From Candidatus Methanomethylophilaceae archaeon (GTDB taxonomy: Archaea; Thermoplasmatota; Thermoplasmata; Methanomassiliicoccales; Methanomethylophilaceae), in assembly GCA_050950505.1 (NCBI GenBank), contig JBMNHS010000001.1:352001-416000 (forward strand): DNA of 64,000 bases, in the 5' to 3' direction. Shown one piece after another: positions 48,552 to 58,448 of the stretch (position 1 is its first letter; each line of letters starts with the position of its first letter). Position numbers and translations under genes: made by a program. Under the pieces are notes generated by a model. The model made no database searches. It worked only from the letters and a program-made list of their open reading frames with translations, and was not told the DNA's origin.

Positions 48552-50651
48552 TCAGGTCCTCTTGTAAACGCCGAAGGAGTGTTCGTAAATATCCCCGGCT
48601 TTGTAAATCTGCTTGATGACTTTCTTCACTTCGTCTTCCGGGATGCCTTCTTCGGCGGCGTGTTTGATTATTTCTTCGACGGAGATGCCTTCACTGGACT
48701 GGAACAGGGTTATGATTTCCTTGATCACTTTGACGCTGTCACGGTCTTTCTTGGTGATTCCCGTTGCCATTATGTCTATGTCCCACTGCCCTCCGTCGGG
48801 GGCGGCGATTCTGCCCAGGTAGTATTCGACCATGTCCACCGCGCGGTTGGCGTCGGCGTCGGTGACCACGTTGCTCAGTCTCATTCTCGCGGAGGCTTCG
48901 GACAGTCTGACGTACCCTTCCAACTGCCTTGCGGTGATGGGGACGGAGGCGTTCTCGCCCTCTCCCATTTTCCTTATGTCGAGATAACTGTTCTCGATGA
49001 TGTTCGCGGCATCCTCGGTCATTACGGGAACTATCCGTTTGGAATATGCGACGTATTTTCTCAACGTTTCTATGTCATAGTAAGGTTTGATGTTGTCCGT
49101 GTCTTCCAGAATTTTGGAAACGTCGACTCCTTCTATTTTTTCGTCGGTTTTCACCGCACGGACCTGTCCGCGGCGGTGGGCCTTCAGAATATGGCTGGTG
49201 ATGTCCTTGTCCCGGTTCCTGTTGGGTTTGTCCGTCAGTACGAAAATCATGTCGAAACGGGACATCAGCGCCGGGGGAAGATCGATTTGATTGGTTATGG
49301 TGTCCGTATCCTCGAATCTCCCGTATTTCGGGTTTGCCGCCGCAAGCATGGAGCATCTGCACTGCAGCGTGGCGGTTATTCCCGCCTTGGCGACGGATAT
49401 CTTCTGAGATTCCATGGCTTCATGAAGGGACGACCGGTCCTGATTCGTCATCTTGTCCAATTCGTCTATGCAGGCCAATCCCTTGTCCGCCAGAACCAAA
49501 GCTCCGGCTTCCAGCGTCCATCTTCCGTCCCCGAAGTCGTCTTTGACCGCGGCGGCGGTGAGTCCGGCCGCACTGGCGGATTTTCCCGATGTGTATATCC
49601 CTCTGGGCGCCAGGCTTCCCATGTATCTCAAAAGCTGTGATTTGGCCACACCCGGGTCTCCGATCAACAGAATGTGCATGTCCCCTCTTATCGAAGTGCC
49701 GTCGTCCATTTCCTTGTGGCTTCCGCCGAACAGTTGCAGGGCCAAGGCCTGTTTCACTTCCTCCATGCCGTAAATCGTCGGGGATATGGAAGCGGTTATC
49801 TTTTGGTAAAGCTCCGGGTCCCTGGACATTTCGAGAATCTTTTTCTCGTCCTCTTCGGTTATCTGAATGTCATCGTACTCATGCTGTTCGAACTCTATGG
49901 ACATCACGTCCATGTAAATGTCGAAAACCGTGGATTTGTCCCGTTCCTGTTTTTCCGCCGAACGGATGATACCGTTCATGGTCACCCTGTTTCCCGCGGT
50001 GACCGCTCCCGAAATGTCGTCTTCCAGGAATCCCGACAGTCTTTCCGGCTGAGCCCCTCCCCTGAGGCCTTCGGGACTTTCCTGAACCTCTATCTTCTGG
50101 GTGTCGATGTACATCGAGCTTTTGTCATCGAGAATGAATCTGGTGGATTGTTTGTTGCAGCTTCCGTCCGGATTGCTGCACATGATGGGTTCGTTTAGAA
50201 TCATCCCCTTTTGGGGAACCCACTGTTCCGCACCGCATCTGGCGCAGGTGAACAGGGCGTAAACCATCCTCGGCCTCACGGTGGTCACTTTCCTTACCAA
50301 TCCGTCCACGGCTATGAGGGTGCCCAGATGTTTCGATCTTATCCTTCTTATGTCCACGTTGGCGTCCCTGGGCAGTTTGATTAATCTCAGATTGATCTGT
50401 TCCTTTCCGTCCCAGGCGGGAGGCATGAGCGCACGCACCCTGTCCTTTCCCAGTCTTATGCATCTGTCCGGGTTGTTAAGCACGAACAACGCAAAATCCG
50501 GATCGTAAGCGTCGATGTCGGAATACTTCACGTTCATCGATTTCACGTCGGGATATCCCGCCGCTATGCCGGAAATCATGTTTCTGTAATATTCCGATGC
50601 TAAGATTTCATCCCATGCGGTCTGTATGTCCCCGTCCTGATAGTTTGCCAT
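48552..50651 (-). CDS. mcm: replicative helicase MCM (no intein)
   Basis: GDPGVAKSQ, IDELDKM, SRFD and TARQLE motifs, zinc finger, C-terminal winged helix. Confidence 0.97.
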   Translation of the reverse strand: MANYQDGDIQTAWDEILASEYYRNMISGIAAGYPDVKSMNVKYSDIDAYDPDFALFVLNNPDRCIRLGKDRVRALMPPAWDGKEQINLRLIKLPRDANVDIRRIRSKHLGTLIAVDGLVRKVTTVRPRMVYALFTCARCGAEQWVPQKGMILNEPIMCSNPDGSCNKQSTRFILDDKSSMYIDTQKIEVQESPEGLRGGAQPERLSGFLEDDISGAVTAGNRVTMNGIIRSAEKQERDKSTVFDIYMDVMSIEFEQHEYDDIQITEEDEKKILEMSRDPELYQKITASISPTIYGMEEVKQALALQLFGGSHKEMDDGTSIRGDMHILLIGDPGVAKSQLLRYMGSLAPRGIYTSGKSASAAGLTAAAVKDDFGDGRWTLEAGALVLADKGLACIDELDKMTNQDRSSLHEAMESQKISVAKAGITATLQCRCSMLAAANPKYGRFEDTDTITNQIDLPPALMSRFDMIFVLTDKPNRNRDKDITSHILKAHRRGQVRAVKTDEKIEGVDVSKILEDTDNIKPYYDIETLRKYVAYSKRIVPVMTEDAANIIENSYLDIRKMGEGENASVPITARQLEGYVRLSEASARMRLSNVVTDADANRAVDMVEYYLGRIAAPDGGQWDIDIMATGITKKDRDSVKVIKEIITLFQSSEGISVEEIIKHAAEEGIPEDEVKKVIKQIYKAGDIYEHSFGVYKRT

Positions 50652-50652
50652 T

Positions 50653-50892
50653 TCATGCCCCCGTGATGTCCGATGAACGGCAGTCTTCGTCCGCCCACCA
50701 AATCCAACCGCCTCTTTCCGGCGATACTTTGCCTTTGATCAATCCTCTTTTCCTCAGTTTTGTGAATGTTTTTGCCAGTTCGTCCGGACAGTTCTCATGA
50801 AACACTTCCTCCAATCTGTCCGCGGCCTCCGAAGTCGTTACCGTATCGTCCTTCAGGGCCTTCCATACCGCACGCACAGTCTCCTCGTTCAC
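50653..50892 (-). CDS. small hypothetical winged-helix-like protein directly upstream of mcm
   Basis: 79-aa ORF with LRKRGLIKG; stop 1 nt before the mcm ATG. Confidence 0.65.
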   Translation of the reverse strand: MNEETVRAVWKALKDDTVTTSEAADRLEEVFHENCPDELAKTFTKLRKRGLIKGKVSPERGGWIWWADEDCRSSDITGA

Positions 50893-50972
50893 GTTACTCT
50901 ATAAATGTAGGTTGCATAAAATCTCTGCCGTGACCTTTGTGCCGTAATGTGCATGGGATTCGGAATTGTGTT

Positions 50973-51482
50973 TCAGGCCGTGACGAGATTCTTGAGATTC
51001 TCCGGATTTTCGAGGGTTTCTTTGACCCAATCGCGTATCCTGAGGCTCATCGCCCACATTTCTTCGGCCAGTTCCCTGTCGTCGGTGGCGGTGAAATCCT
51101 CCGGGGTTCCCATGTCGGCCAAGATTTGTTTTCCTTTCCATATGGTTTTTGACGCGTATTCGTCAAAAACGGATTTATGGAGATATATCACGTAATCGTA
51201 ATCGTAATCTTCCAGGAGATATTCGCTTTCGAACCCTTTCGATCTGTGGCGTCTGATGTCTTCCCCCCGTTCATACATCGTGATGATGAGATCGCAGTCC
51301 ACGGTATCCGGTTCGGGACCTCCGCTGAACGCCTGATATATTTTCGGATAAAACTTGTTCACGTAGTATTCGGCCACCTGCGACTGCAGATTGTTTTTTT
51401 CATCCACGAACATCAACGAGATTCTGTTTTTGTCCCGGAGGGGTCTGCCTTCTTTGACAATTTTTCTTTTTCCGAGCGCCAT
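50973..51482 (-). CDS. LMW-PTP/ArsC-fold protein lacking the catalytic CX5R motif
   Basis: LMFVDEKNNLQSQVAE aligns with LFVCxxNxCRSQMAE; also SGG..P, EDI..HRSK and DYVI. Confidence 0.72.
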   Translation of the reverse strand: MALGKRKIVKEGRPLRDKNRISLMFVDEKNNLQSQVAEYYVNKFYPKIYQAFSGGPEPDTVDCDLIITMYERGEDIRRHRSKGFESEYLLEDYDYDYVIYLHKSVFDEYASKTIWKGKQILADMGTPEDFTATDDRELAEEMWAMSLRIRDWVKETLENPENLKNLVTA

Positions 51483-51659
51483 GTCCCTACCTTAAGTGGA
51501 ATTGAGATAAATCCTTTCGGTAATCGGAAAGGATGTTAAACGGTACCATGTATAACGTACCGCCACGGTGATGAACGTTTTCGGGCTGTTTCTTGATGAT
51601 AGACGGGCGAGCTGAGTGGCATCCTTATCAATAGATGTAAATAAGCTTCCAGGGATTCC

Positions 51660-52958
51660 GTGATTATGTGCGCAGTTCTCCAGGTGGCTCTCGACATTAT
51701 GCAAATCAGCCGCATGCTGCCGATAGCCAGAGATGCCGTGGAAGGCGGAGCCGACTGGATAGAAGCAGGTACGCCTCTGATCAAAAGCGGAGGCGCGGAT
51801 GCCATAAGATTGCTCAGAAAGGAGTTTCCCGACAGGAAAATCGTCGCGGACATGAAAACCATGGACGTGGGTGCGTTCGAAGTTGAAATCGCGTCCAAAG
51901 CCGGCGCCGACATAGTCACCGTGATGGGATTGGCGGATGATTCCACAATTTCCGAAGCCGTGGCCGCCGGAAGAAAGTACGGCACGGAAATCATGATTGA
52001 CATGATCAACGTCCCCGACAAAGTAAAACGATCCGAAGAAGTTTCCGAACTGGGGGTTTCATACATTTGTCTTCACATGGGAATCGATACCCAGATGAGG
52101 GGGGAGGCCCCTCCTCTGAAGATTCTTGAAGAAGTCGTCAAGAACGTGGAGATACCCGTGGCGGTCGCGGGAGGCATAACCGCGGAAACCGCCGGCGATT
52201 ACGTCAAATCCGGAGCTTCCGTCATAATAGTCGGCGGAGGAATCCTGAAGTCCAAGGATATCGTGTCCTCGGCGGCGGCCGTGAAGAAATCCATGGAAGG
52301 CATCGAAGTGGAAACGGCGTTGGCCAAGAAATACACCGAGGACGAACTGTTCGAAGCTTTCTCAAGGGTCTCCACCTGCAACATTTCCGACGCATATCAC
52401 AAAAAAGGAATAATTCTGGGTCTGACCCCGTACATCAAAGACGGCGAAAAAATGGTGGGACGGGCTCTGACCGTTCAGACCGCCAACGGAGATTGGGCCA
52501 AACCCGTGGAAGCCATCGACAGAGCGTCTCCCGGCGACGTAATAGTCATCGACGTCGGAGGGGGATGGATGGCGGTCTGGGGAGAATTGGCCGCAACGTC
52601 GGCCATGGTCGCGGGATGCGCCGGAGTGGTCATCGACGGGAACATACGGGATATAGACGACATCAGGAAGATGGGATTCCCCGCCTTCGCGAGGAACGCC
52701 GTTCCCTGCGCGGGAGAACCGAAAGGGTACGGAGGAATCGGAATCGAAATCAGCGTTGGCGGACAATGGGTCCGCACCGGGGACTGGATTATCGGCGACG
52801 AAAGCGGTCTCATTGTGGTTCCCAAGGAGGACGCGGTGGAAATCGCAAACCGTGCCTTGGACATCCACGAGAACGAAAACCGCACAAGGGAAGAAATCCA
52901 GAAGGGTTCCTCTCTTTCGAAGGTCAACGAGATTTCCAAATGGGAACCCGTTAAGTGA
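51660..52958 (+). CDS. 3-hexulose-6-phosphate synthase fused to an RraA/MenG-like domain
   Basis: LQVALD, EAGTPLIK and ADMKTMD; C-terminal STCNISDA, AVWGEL, DGNIRD and GDESG. Confidence 0.9.
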   Translation: MIMCAVLQVALDIMQISRMLPIARDAVEGGADWIEAGTPLIKSGGADAIRLLRKEFPDRKIVADMKTMDVGAFEVEIASKAGADIVTVMGLADDSTISEAVAAGRKYGTEIMIDMINVPDKVKRSEEVSELGVSYICLHMGIDTQMRGEAPPLKILEEVVKNVEIPVAVAGGITAETAGDYVKSGASVIIVGGGILKSKDIVSSAAAVKKSMEGIEVETALAKKYTEDELFEAFSRVSTCNISDAYHKKGIILGLTPYIKDGEKMVGRALTVQTANGDWAKPVEAIDRASPGDVIVIDVGGGWMAVWGELAATSAMVAGCAGVVIDGNIRDIDDIRKMGFPAFARNAVPCAGEPKGYGGIGIEISVGGQWVRTGDWIIGDESGLIVVPKEDAVEIANRALDIHENENRTREEIQKGSSLSKVNEISKWEPVK

Positions 52959-52959
52959 T

Positions 52960-53868
52960 TCAGTACCTGTAATCGTAATTCTTCACGTATCTTCCGTATT
53001 CGGCCGCCATGTCCGAAAGGCGCTTGATTCTGTCCTTGGTGTCGGGGTGGGTGCTGAACAGAGTTTTGGTCAGAGACTTCTTCCTTCCTTCGGGATTGGA
53101 AATCCATACCGGGCCGTAAGCGGGATTGTTGTAATTGTTTCTCGGACTGCTGCAGCCCTGTTCGATTTTGATCAACGCGTTCGCCAGCGCATCGGGTTTC
53201 CTGGTAAGTCTTGCGGCAGACTCGTCCGCGAGATATTCCCGGTTGCGGGATATTCCCAGTTGTACCAGCAACGCGGCGAAAGGCAAAATCATGTAACCGA
53301 CCACGGCGACGAGGCTCACCAGAGGATTTCGGTTATCATCGTTGCTGAACATCGTCGCGTACATCGCGAACCGTGCCAGATAGGCGATGATGGCGGATAC
53401 CGAAGCGGCGACGGACATGACAAATATGTCCCTGTTTTTGACATGGGATATTTCGTGGGCGATGACGCCTTCCAATTCCTCGTCGTTGAGCATGTCCAAC
53501 AATCCTCTCGTCGCCACCACGGCGGCATCGCTGGGGCCTCTTCCCGTGGCGAAGGCGTTTGGCATGTAATCATTGGTGATGCCGACTTCCGGCATCGGGA
53601 TGTTGGCCATCATGGATACGTTGCGGACGATTCTGTACAGACGGGGTTCTTCGGCTTCGGTAACCAGTTTTACCCGGTTGGACCTCAGCGCCTGCTTCTT
53701 TGAAAACAGGGTTGAGGATATTATCATCATGACGGCAAGTACAGTCATGAATGCCAGTCCCAAAACCGGACTGTTGAAAGAGTAACCTATGATCCATCCC
53801 ACCGCCGCAAGCAACGTGGTGAGAACCGTGAACATCAAAACCGTTCTGAGACGCCATTTCCAATTCAT
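52960..53868 (-). CDS. htpX: zinc metalloprotease HtpX (M48)
   Basis: PNAFATG, HEISH, SRNREYLAD and FSTHP motifs. Confidence 0.95.
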   Translation of the reverse strand: MNWKWRLRTVLMFTVLTTLLAAVGWIIGYSFNSPVLGLAFMTVLAVMMIISSTLFSKKQALRSNRVKLVTEAEEPRLYRIVRNVSMMANIPMPEVGITNDYMPNAFATGRGPSDAAVVATRGLLDMLNDEELEGVIAHEISHVKNRDIFVMSVAASVSAIIAYLARFAMYATMFSNDDNRNPLVSLVAVVGYMILPFAALLVQLGISRNREYLADESAARLTRKPDALANALIKIEQGCSSPRNNYNNPAYGPVWISNPEGRKKSLTKTLFSTHPDTKDRIKRLSDMAAEYGRYVKNYDYRY

Positions 53869-54644
53869 TCCGCGTCCGCCTCCCTGAGTCCCAATCTGAA
53901 ATCCAATTTATCACCGACAACGAATTCTTTGACGCCTTCCAGAGACAGAATCTCCCTTAGTCTCAGCGCACCTTTCGGTCCGGTGCAGTGATTTAGGTAC
54001 AGATCCTGACATTCGGCGTCCCTTAGAACTTCCGCGGTCATGTATGATATATCTTTCGGAACTTTCTCCAGGTGAAGGCCTCCTATCAGAGTCCTTGGAT
54101 ATTCTCCGAATTTTTCTTTAACCGATTCGATAACCGCTTCCGCGCCGCAGTGACAGCATCCGCACAGCAGAATCGGGCGTTTCCCGCCCGCCAACACCAT
54201 AAAAATCTCCGAACCGCCGTCAGCGTCAAAGGGAGGGGTGAGAAACAGATGTTTGCTCAGTTGCGTCCAACCCCCGACGTCATGTCTCTCGCATTTCGAT
54301 TCGGTGTTTTTGCTCAGGACGATTCCGTCTTTGGAAAATCTTCCTTTCTTTCCCCAGGCCTCGGCCGGGGCGTAAACCGGAATGGATTCCTCGCGTTCGG
54401 ACAACAGGTATCCCAAAGCTCCGGCGTGAGATCTGTGACCGTGGGATATCACGGCGCGGGTGACGGAATTCACGTCTATCTCAAGATGTTCCGTATTGTG
54501 CTTGAGATAACGTCCCCTCATCCCGGTTCCGAACAACGTGCGTTCCCCGTCGACTTCCACCAACAGGGAAAGTCCTTTGGCTCCTATGTAAGGGGTGCCG
54601 GGCTGGGAACCTTCGTTGTAGACACAGAGCACACTTGCCTTCAT
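53865..54644 (-). CDS. MBL-fold metallohydrolase (COG1237-like)
   Basis: GLSLLVE, ISHGHRSH, GCCHCG, IGGLHL and HCTG motifs. Confidence 0.82.
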   Translation of the reverse strand: MKASVLCVYNEGSQPGTPYIGAKGLSLLVEVDGERTLFGTGMRGRYLKHNTEHLEIDVNSVTRAVISHGHRSHAGALGYLLSEREESIPVYAPAEAWGKKGRFSKDGIVLSKNTESKCERHDVGGWTQLSKHLFLTPPFDADGGSEIFMVLAGGKRPILLCGCCHCGAEAVIESVKEKFGEYPRTLIGGLHLEKVPKDISYMTAEVLRDAECQDLYLNHCTGPKGALRLREILSLEGVKEFVVGDKLDFRLGLREADAE

Positions 54645-54805
54645 GTCCGAGGGTAATCCTCTGCTGTTCAAATAACTTATCAGGAACATAAACGGAGGGA
54701 ACGATTCGTTACAACCGTTGTACGTTCTTCAAACGGTATTCGAGCGCACCGAATTCTTTTTGAGATTTTCATGAGGCGGTTTATTCGATCGAATTCGTTC
54801 TTTAA

Positions 54806-55645
54806 TCAGGAACGGTACATTTCATTCGGAATGTCTTCGCAGATTCTGTAAACGTTTTCAATCGTCATTTCACCGTTGACCAGCATCGCTTTGATTCTCT
54901 TGGGAACCGTGTTCACGGACATTCTTGCGCCGGGTTTTTCCGGATCGTCGTAATAATCGGTTTCCAGCATGAACCTGTCGGAACCCTTTCCGATCGCTTC
55001 ACGGATGTAGTTTCTGGATGCGGGAATCGACGGCATCACTCCGTAATTCTCCTCTTCGGTGACGAAGGGCGGGGAGGAATGTTTGATTACCTTGTTTACG
55101 TCCAATCCCGCTTTCTTGGCTATTTCGGACAGAGACAGATTGGTTTCCGTGGTTCCGGCCTCACTGTGTATGATGACCGGACAGTCATTCTCTTTTGCTA
55201 CGGACATTCCGGCTTCCAAAATATCGTTTGACGCGTCCCAGATTTCTTCCGGCACGGGAAAATGGGGTCTTCCGATTTCTCCCATGGCCTGCGCTTTTCC
55301 TTCGGCGACGGCGTTTCCGGCGATTTCCATGCCTTCGATCATTATTTCAACGGCATCGTTCAAACCGTATTTTTCGGCTAAACCCAACAGCAGAATCGGA
55401 TACGGTCCGACGGCAACGTTGATTTTCATATCCGTATGTTCTTTCACAAGGGAAGCCATTCTGTAAGTGATTTCAAAAGAATCGAGAAAATCTTTGGAAG
55501 AATCGATCTGAACCTCTTTGTACGGAAGCGTCACAAGAGTGAATCCGGTGCCTCCGGCGGCCCGGAACTCACGGATGGCGTCGATGTTCCGTCCCGAGGG
55601 TGCCATATGGATATGATTGTCGTATATCGGAATGTTTTCCGCCAT
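54806..55645 (-). CDS. TatD-family hydrolase
   Basis: DNHIH, GEIGRPH, IIHSE and FMLETDY motifs. Confidence 0.88.
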   Translation of the reverse strand: MAENIPIYDNHIHMAPSGRNIDAIREFRAAGGTGFTLVTLPYKEVQIDSSKDFLDSFEITYRMASLVKEHTDMKINVAVGPYPILLLGLAEKYGLNDAVEIMIEGMEIAGNAVAEGKAQAMGEIGRPHFPVPEEIWDASNDILEAGMSVAKENDCPVIIHSEAGTTETNLSLSEIAKKAGLDVNKVIKHSSPPFVTEEENYGVMPSIPASRNYIREAIGKGSDRFMLETDYYDDPEKPGARMSVNTVPKRIKAMLVNGEMTIENVYRICEDIPNEMYRS

Positions 55646-55699
55646 AGGTCTCCTTAGCCGCGGACAAATAATTATACATTCCCCGCACTAAGACGGTGT

Positions 55700-56923
55700 A
55701 TGGACAGGGACTCCCGGTTTCTCCTGAAATGCGTCAGGAAATATTACATGGAAAACTCTCCGACGTTGCCGGACCGTTTTACCCGCAGGGAGTTCGGATT
55801 CATGCATTTCGGGAAGAATATGATGCAGAGGCACATGTCCTTCCCCAACAACAACGAACTGTGGAGATTCCTGGCCTCGAACGTTCCCGCCCATTGTTAT
55901 TATTCGACGGCATACTACAGGCATCCTGACGCCCCCACCATGGAAGAGAAGGAATGGCTGGGAGCGGAGCTTATTTTCGATTTGGACGCCGATCATCTCG
56001 AGGGTGCGGAGAAAATGACCTATCCCGAGATGCTGCGGCACATCAGGACGGAAATGATCAAGTTGTGCGATTCCTATCTTTTCGGGGATTTGGGATTCGA
56101 TTATGACGATGTGCACATAACCTTCTCCGGAGGACGGGGGTATCACGCCCACGTGATGATGGATGACGTTCTTACGTTGGGTTCCCACGAGAGAAGGGAA
56201 ATCGTGGATTATGTGATGGGTTCGGGTTTGGACACAGATTGGGTTTTCCCATTCAGACGGGTACCCATTTCGACTTTCGGCACCGGTGCCGGCAAAAGGG
56301 CGAACATCGCGAAGGATCGGGAGATTCCCTCCGAGAATTCCGGAGGATGGAAGAAGAGGATGAGGGACGGATTGAAAACCGTGGTTGACGATTTCTGCGA
56401 AATGGATTCAAAAACCCTCCGTCTGGCATATCCTTCTCTGAAGACCAGTCAATACAAAACCGTGGAGAACGTTCAGAACGACGTCAGAAAATCCCGAAAA
56501 ATACTTTTCGAGAAAAACAACATGGCCACCATGGGACGGACTTCCCAGGAAATGCTGATTCGGGTGATGGACAAGGATGTGCGTCCCCGGATAAGCGGGG
56601 ACGTGGATGCCCCCGTTACCGCGGACATCAAGAGACTGATACGTTTGCCTCATTCCATTCACGGAAAAGGCGGTCTCAAAGTCATTCCTCTTTCAAGGGA
56701 CGAACTGACGGATTTCGAACCTTTGGAGATGGCCGTGCCCAAAGAATATTCCGACGATCCGGTGGAAATCACTTTGAGAGAACCGGTGAATTTGAAAATA
56801 AAAGACGAACGTTTCGTTCTCGAAGGGGAAACGGAAGTACCGGAATACGCCGCGGTGTTTCTCATCGGACGGAGATACGCGTCTCTGGGACACAGTTCCG
56901 AAATGAAGGACAGGTTATTCTGA
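55700..56923 (+). CDS. priS: DNA primase small (catalytic) subunit
   Basis: REFGF, ELIFDLDAD, FSGGRGYH and VTADIKRLIRLP motifs. Confidence 0.95.
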   Translation: MDRDSRFLLKCVRKYYMENSPTLPDRFTRREFGFMHFGKNMMQRHMSFPNNNELWRFLASNVPAHCYYSTAYYRHPDAPTMEEKEWLGAELIFDLDADHLEGAEKMTYPEMLRHIRTEMIKLCDSYLFGDLGFDYDDVHITFSGGRGYHAHVMMDDVLTLGSHERREIVDYVMGSGLDTDWVFPFRRVPISTFGTGAGKRANIAKDREIPSENSGGWKKRMRDGLKTVVDDFCEMDSKTLRLAYPSLKTSQYKTVENVQNDVRKSRKILFEKNNMATMGRTSQEMLIRVMDKDVRPRISGDVDAPVTADIKRLIRLPHSIHGKGGLKVIPLSRDELTDFEPLEMAVPKEYSDDPVEITLREPVNLKIKDERFVLEGETEVPEYAAVFLIGRRYASLGHSSEMKDRLF

Positions 56924-57742
56924 AAAGCAGCAGCACATTTCTTCACGGAATATTTCGTATCCTTCGGACTTTGCCCAAAGTTCGGTTTCCAAGGACATGT
57001 TGGCAATCTTTCTCACTCCTTCTTTTATTGCCCGTTTCTCAAGAGTCCTCATTCTCCGGTCGCGCATGCATCCCAACGTAACCGTGAATCCCATGTCAAT
57101 CAGAAACCTTACCGCGTCCACGACTCCGTCTTCGGTCAAATCGTTGTTTTCATAAGGGGTTCCTTCCGTGGGAACCAGAGCCAGCAAAACGATGTTTTTG
57201 ATTCCTTTCTCTTTGACCAAACCTGCGCTTTCTTTCAGATCTGCGTCTGAAAGTCCCACGGTCAGATGGGGCATTACGTCGCATCCCGCGGACAACGCCG
57301 CGTTCAACGTATCCCTATAGACTTCCGGACCTTTCAGTTTGAAAACATCTTTTATGATTTTCGGATCCTGATGAACATCGACGGACAGACAGACTCCGTT
57401 CATTCCGGAAAACAGAACAATATCATCCTCTGTCATGATTCCGGGGTGAAGGTTGACTTTCAGGCCTGAATCGGATATCTTGCGGATTGTCGGCAAATAA
57501 CCGCGCAACGGAACCTTGCCGTCTTTGTCGCAGCCTCCGCTTATCAGAATGCCGTTCCCGGAGGGACGGAGATCTGCCGCGATATTCAGTAAATCGTCCG
57601 GACTGCGGACAGACAACATCCCCTCAAGATATTTGCCTTGACAATGAGAACAGTTCAACCGGCATTTCCCGCCGGTGACGGAAATACTGAGAAACTTTTT
57701 TCCGAGAGAACATGAAGTCAGTTTATCCTTGGGAATACCCAT
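56915..57742 (-). CDS. radical SAM protein (COG1856-like)
   Basis: SISVTG..C.LNCSHC, LISGG and LGCMR motifs. Confidence 0.85.
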   Translation of the reverse strand: MGIPKDKLTSCSLGKKFLSISVTGGKCRLNCSHCQGKYLEGMLSVRSPDDLLNIAADLRPSGNGILISGGCDKDGKVPLRGYLPTIRKISDSGLKVNLHPGIMTEDDIVLFSGMNGVCLSVDVHQDPKIIKDVFKLKGPEVYRDTLNAALSAGCDVMPHLTVGLSDADLKESAGLVKEKGIKNIVLLALVPTEGTPYENNDLTEDGVVDAVRFLIDMGFTVTLGCMRDRRMRTLEKRAIKEGVRKIANMSLETELWAKSEGYEIFREEMCCCFSE

Positions 57743-57795
57743 ATATTACCTAAAGCTTTATTAGTTAAATATAATTCACGAGATTGGTAATCATT

Positions 57796-58023
57796 ATGAA
57801 AGCATTCCTTATAAAAGGCGATTACGCTGACAGGAGACAGGGAAGACAGCCTTTTTCAGTTGAGATGGCCGCCGCCGATAAAGCCGCCGTTGAAGAAAAA
57901 GCCCTTTCCACCCTGGGAAGCCAGCACAAACTCAAAAGATGGGAAATCAACATCTCCGAAATCACGGAGATGAAACCCGAAGACGTGACCGACCCTGTTG
58001 TAAAATACCAGATCGGTGAGTGA
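57796..58023 (+). CDS. rplX: 50S ribosomal protein LX (eL20/L18a)
   Basis: EKALSTLGSQHKLKR..I.I motif; precedes pfdA-ftsY as in other archaea. Confidence 0.9.
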   Translation: MKAFLIKGDYADRRQGRQPFSVEMAAADKAAVEEKALSTLGSQHKLKRWEINISEITEMKPEDVTDPVVKYQIGE

Positions 58024-58444
58024 GATGGAAGAGAGGGACCTACGTCAGGCAATGCTTGTCCTTGAGTCCTACAAGGAACAGATGGATGCGTTGGGTCAGC
58101 AGATGGCAATGCTGCAGACCTCTTTGGAAGAATCCGTCAGGGCAAGAGAAACCCTCAAAGCGTTCAAGGACGCCGAAGAGGGTGATGAGATCCTTGTACC
58201 CGTAGGTGCTTCGGTATTCGTCACCGCCAAGGTTACCGACAAGAGAGAAGCCCTTGTCGGCATAGGCAACAAGATTTCCGTGGGCAAGGAACTTCCGGAG
58301 GCGGAAGAATTCATGAGCACGGTGGTCATCGAACTTCAGGAATCCCTGAAGAGAATCAGCAATACGTATTCGGAAATACAGACTGCGGCGAACAACCTCG
58401 CGGCGGCCGTGAATGCCGAATACGAATCAAGGCAGAATATCTGA
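58016..58444 (+). CDS. pfdA: prefoldin alpha subunit
   Basis: Coiled coils flanking EILVPVGA..V...LVGIG. Confidence 0.92.
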   Translation: MSEMEERDLRQAMLVLESYKEQMDALGQQMAMLQTSLEESVRARETLKAFKDAEEGDEILVPVGASVFVTAKVTDKREALVGIGNKISVGKELPEAEEFMSTVVIELQESLKRISNTYSEIQTAANNLAAAVNAEYESRQNI

Positions 58445-58448
58445 ATCC

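Noticed and set aside
48552-50651. Inteins in MCM, RNA polymerase subunits, gyrase or Lhr
   Set aside because: Motif spacing is continuous, with no C...HN splice junctions or LAGLIDADG motifs seen. The long Lhr's extra length is C-terminal.
51660-52958. HPS-RraA fusion as a novelty
   Set aside because: This fusion is already known in methanogens and other archaea.
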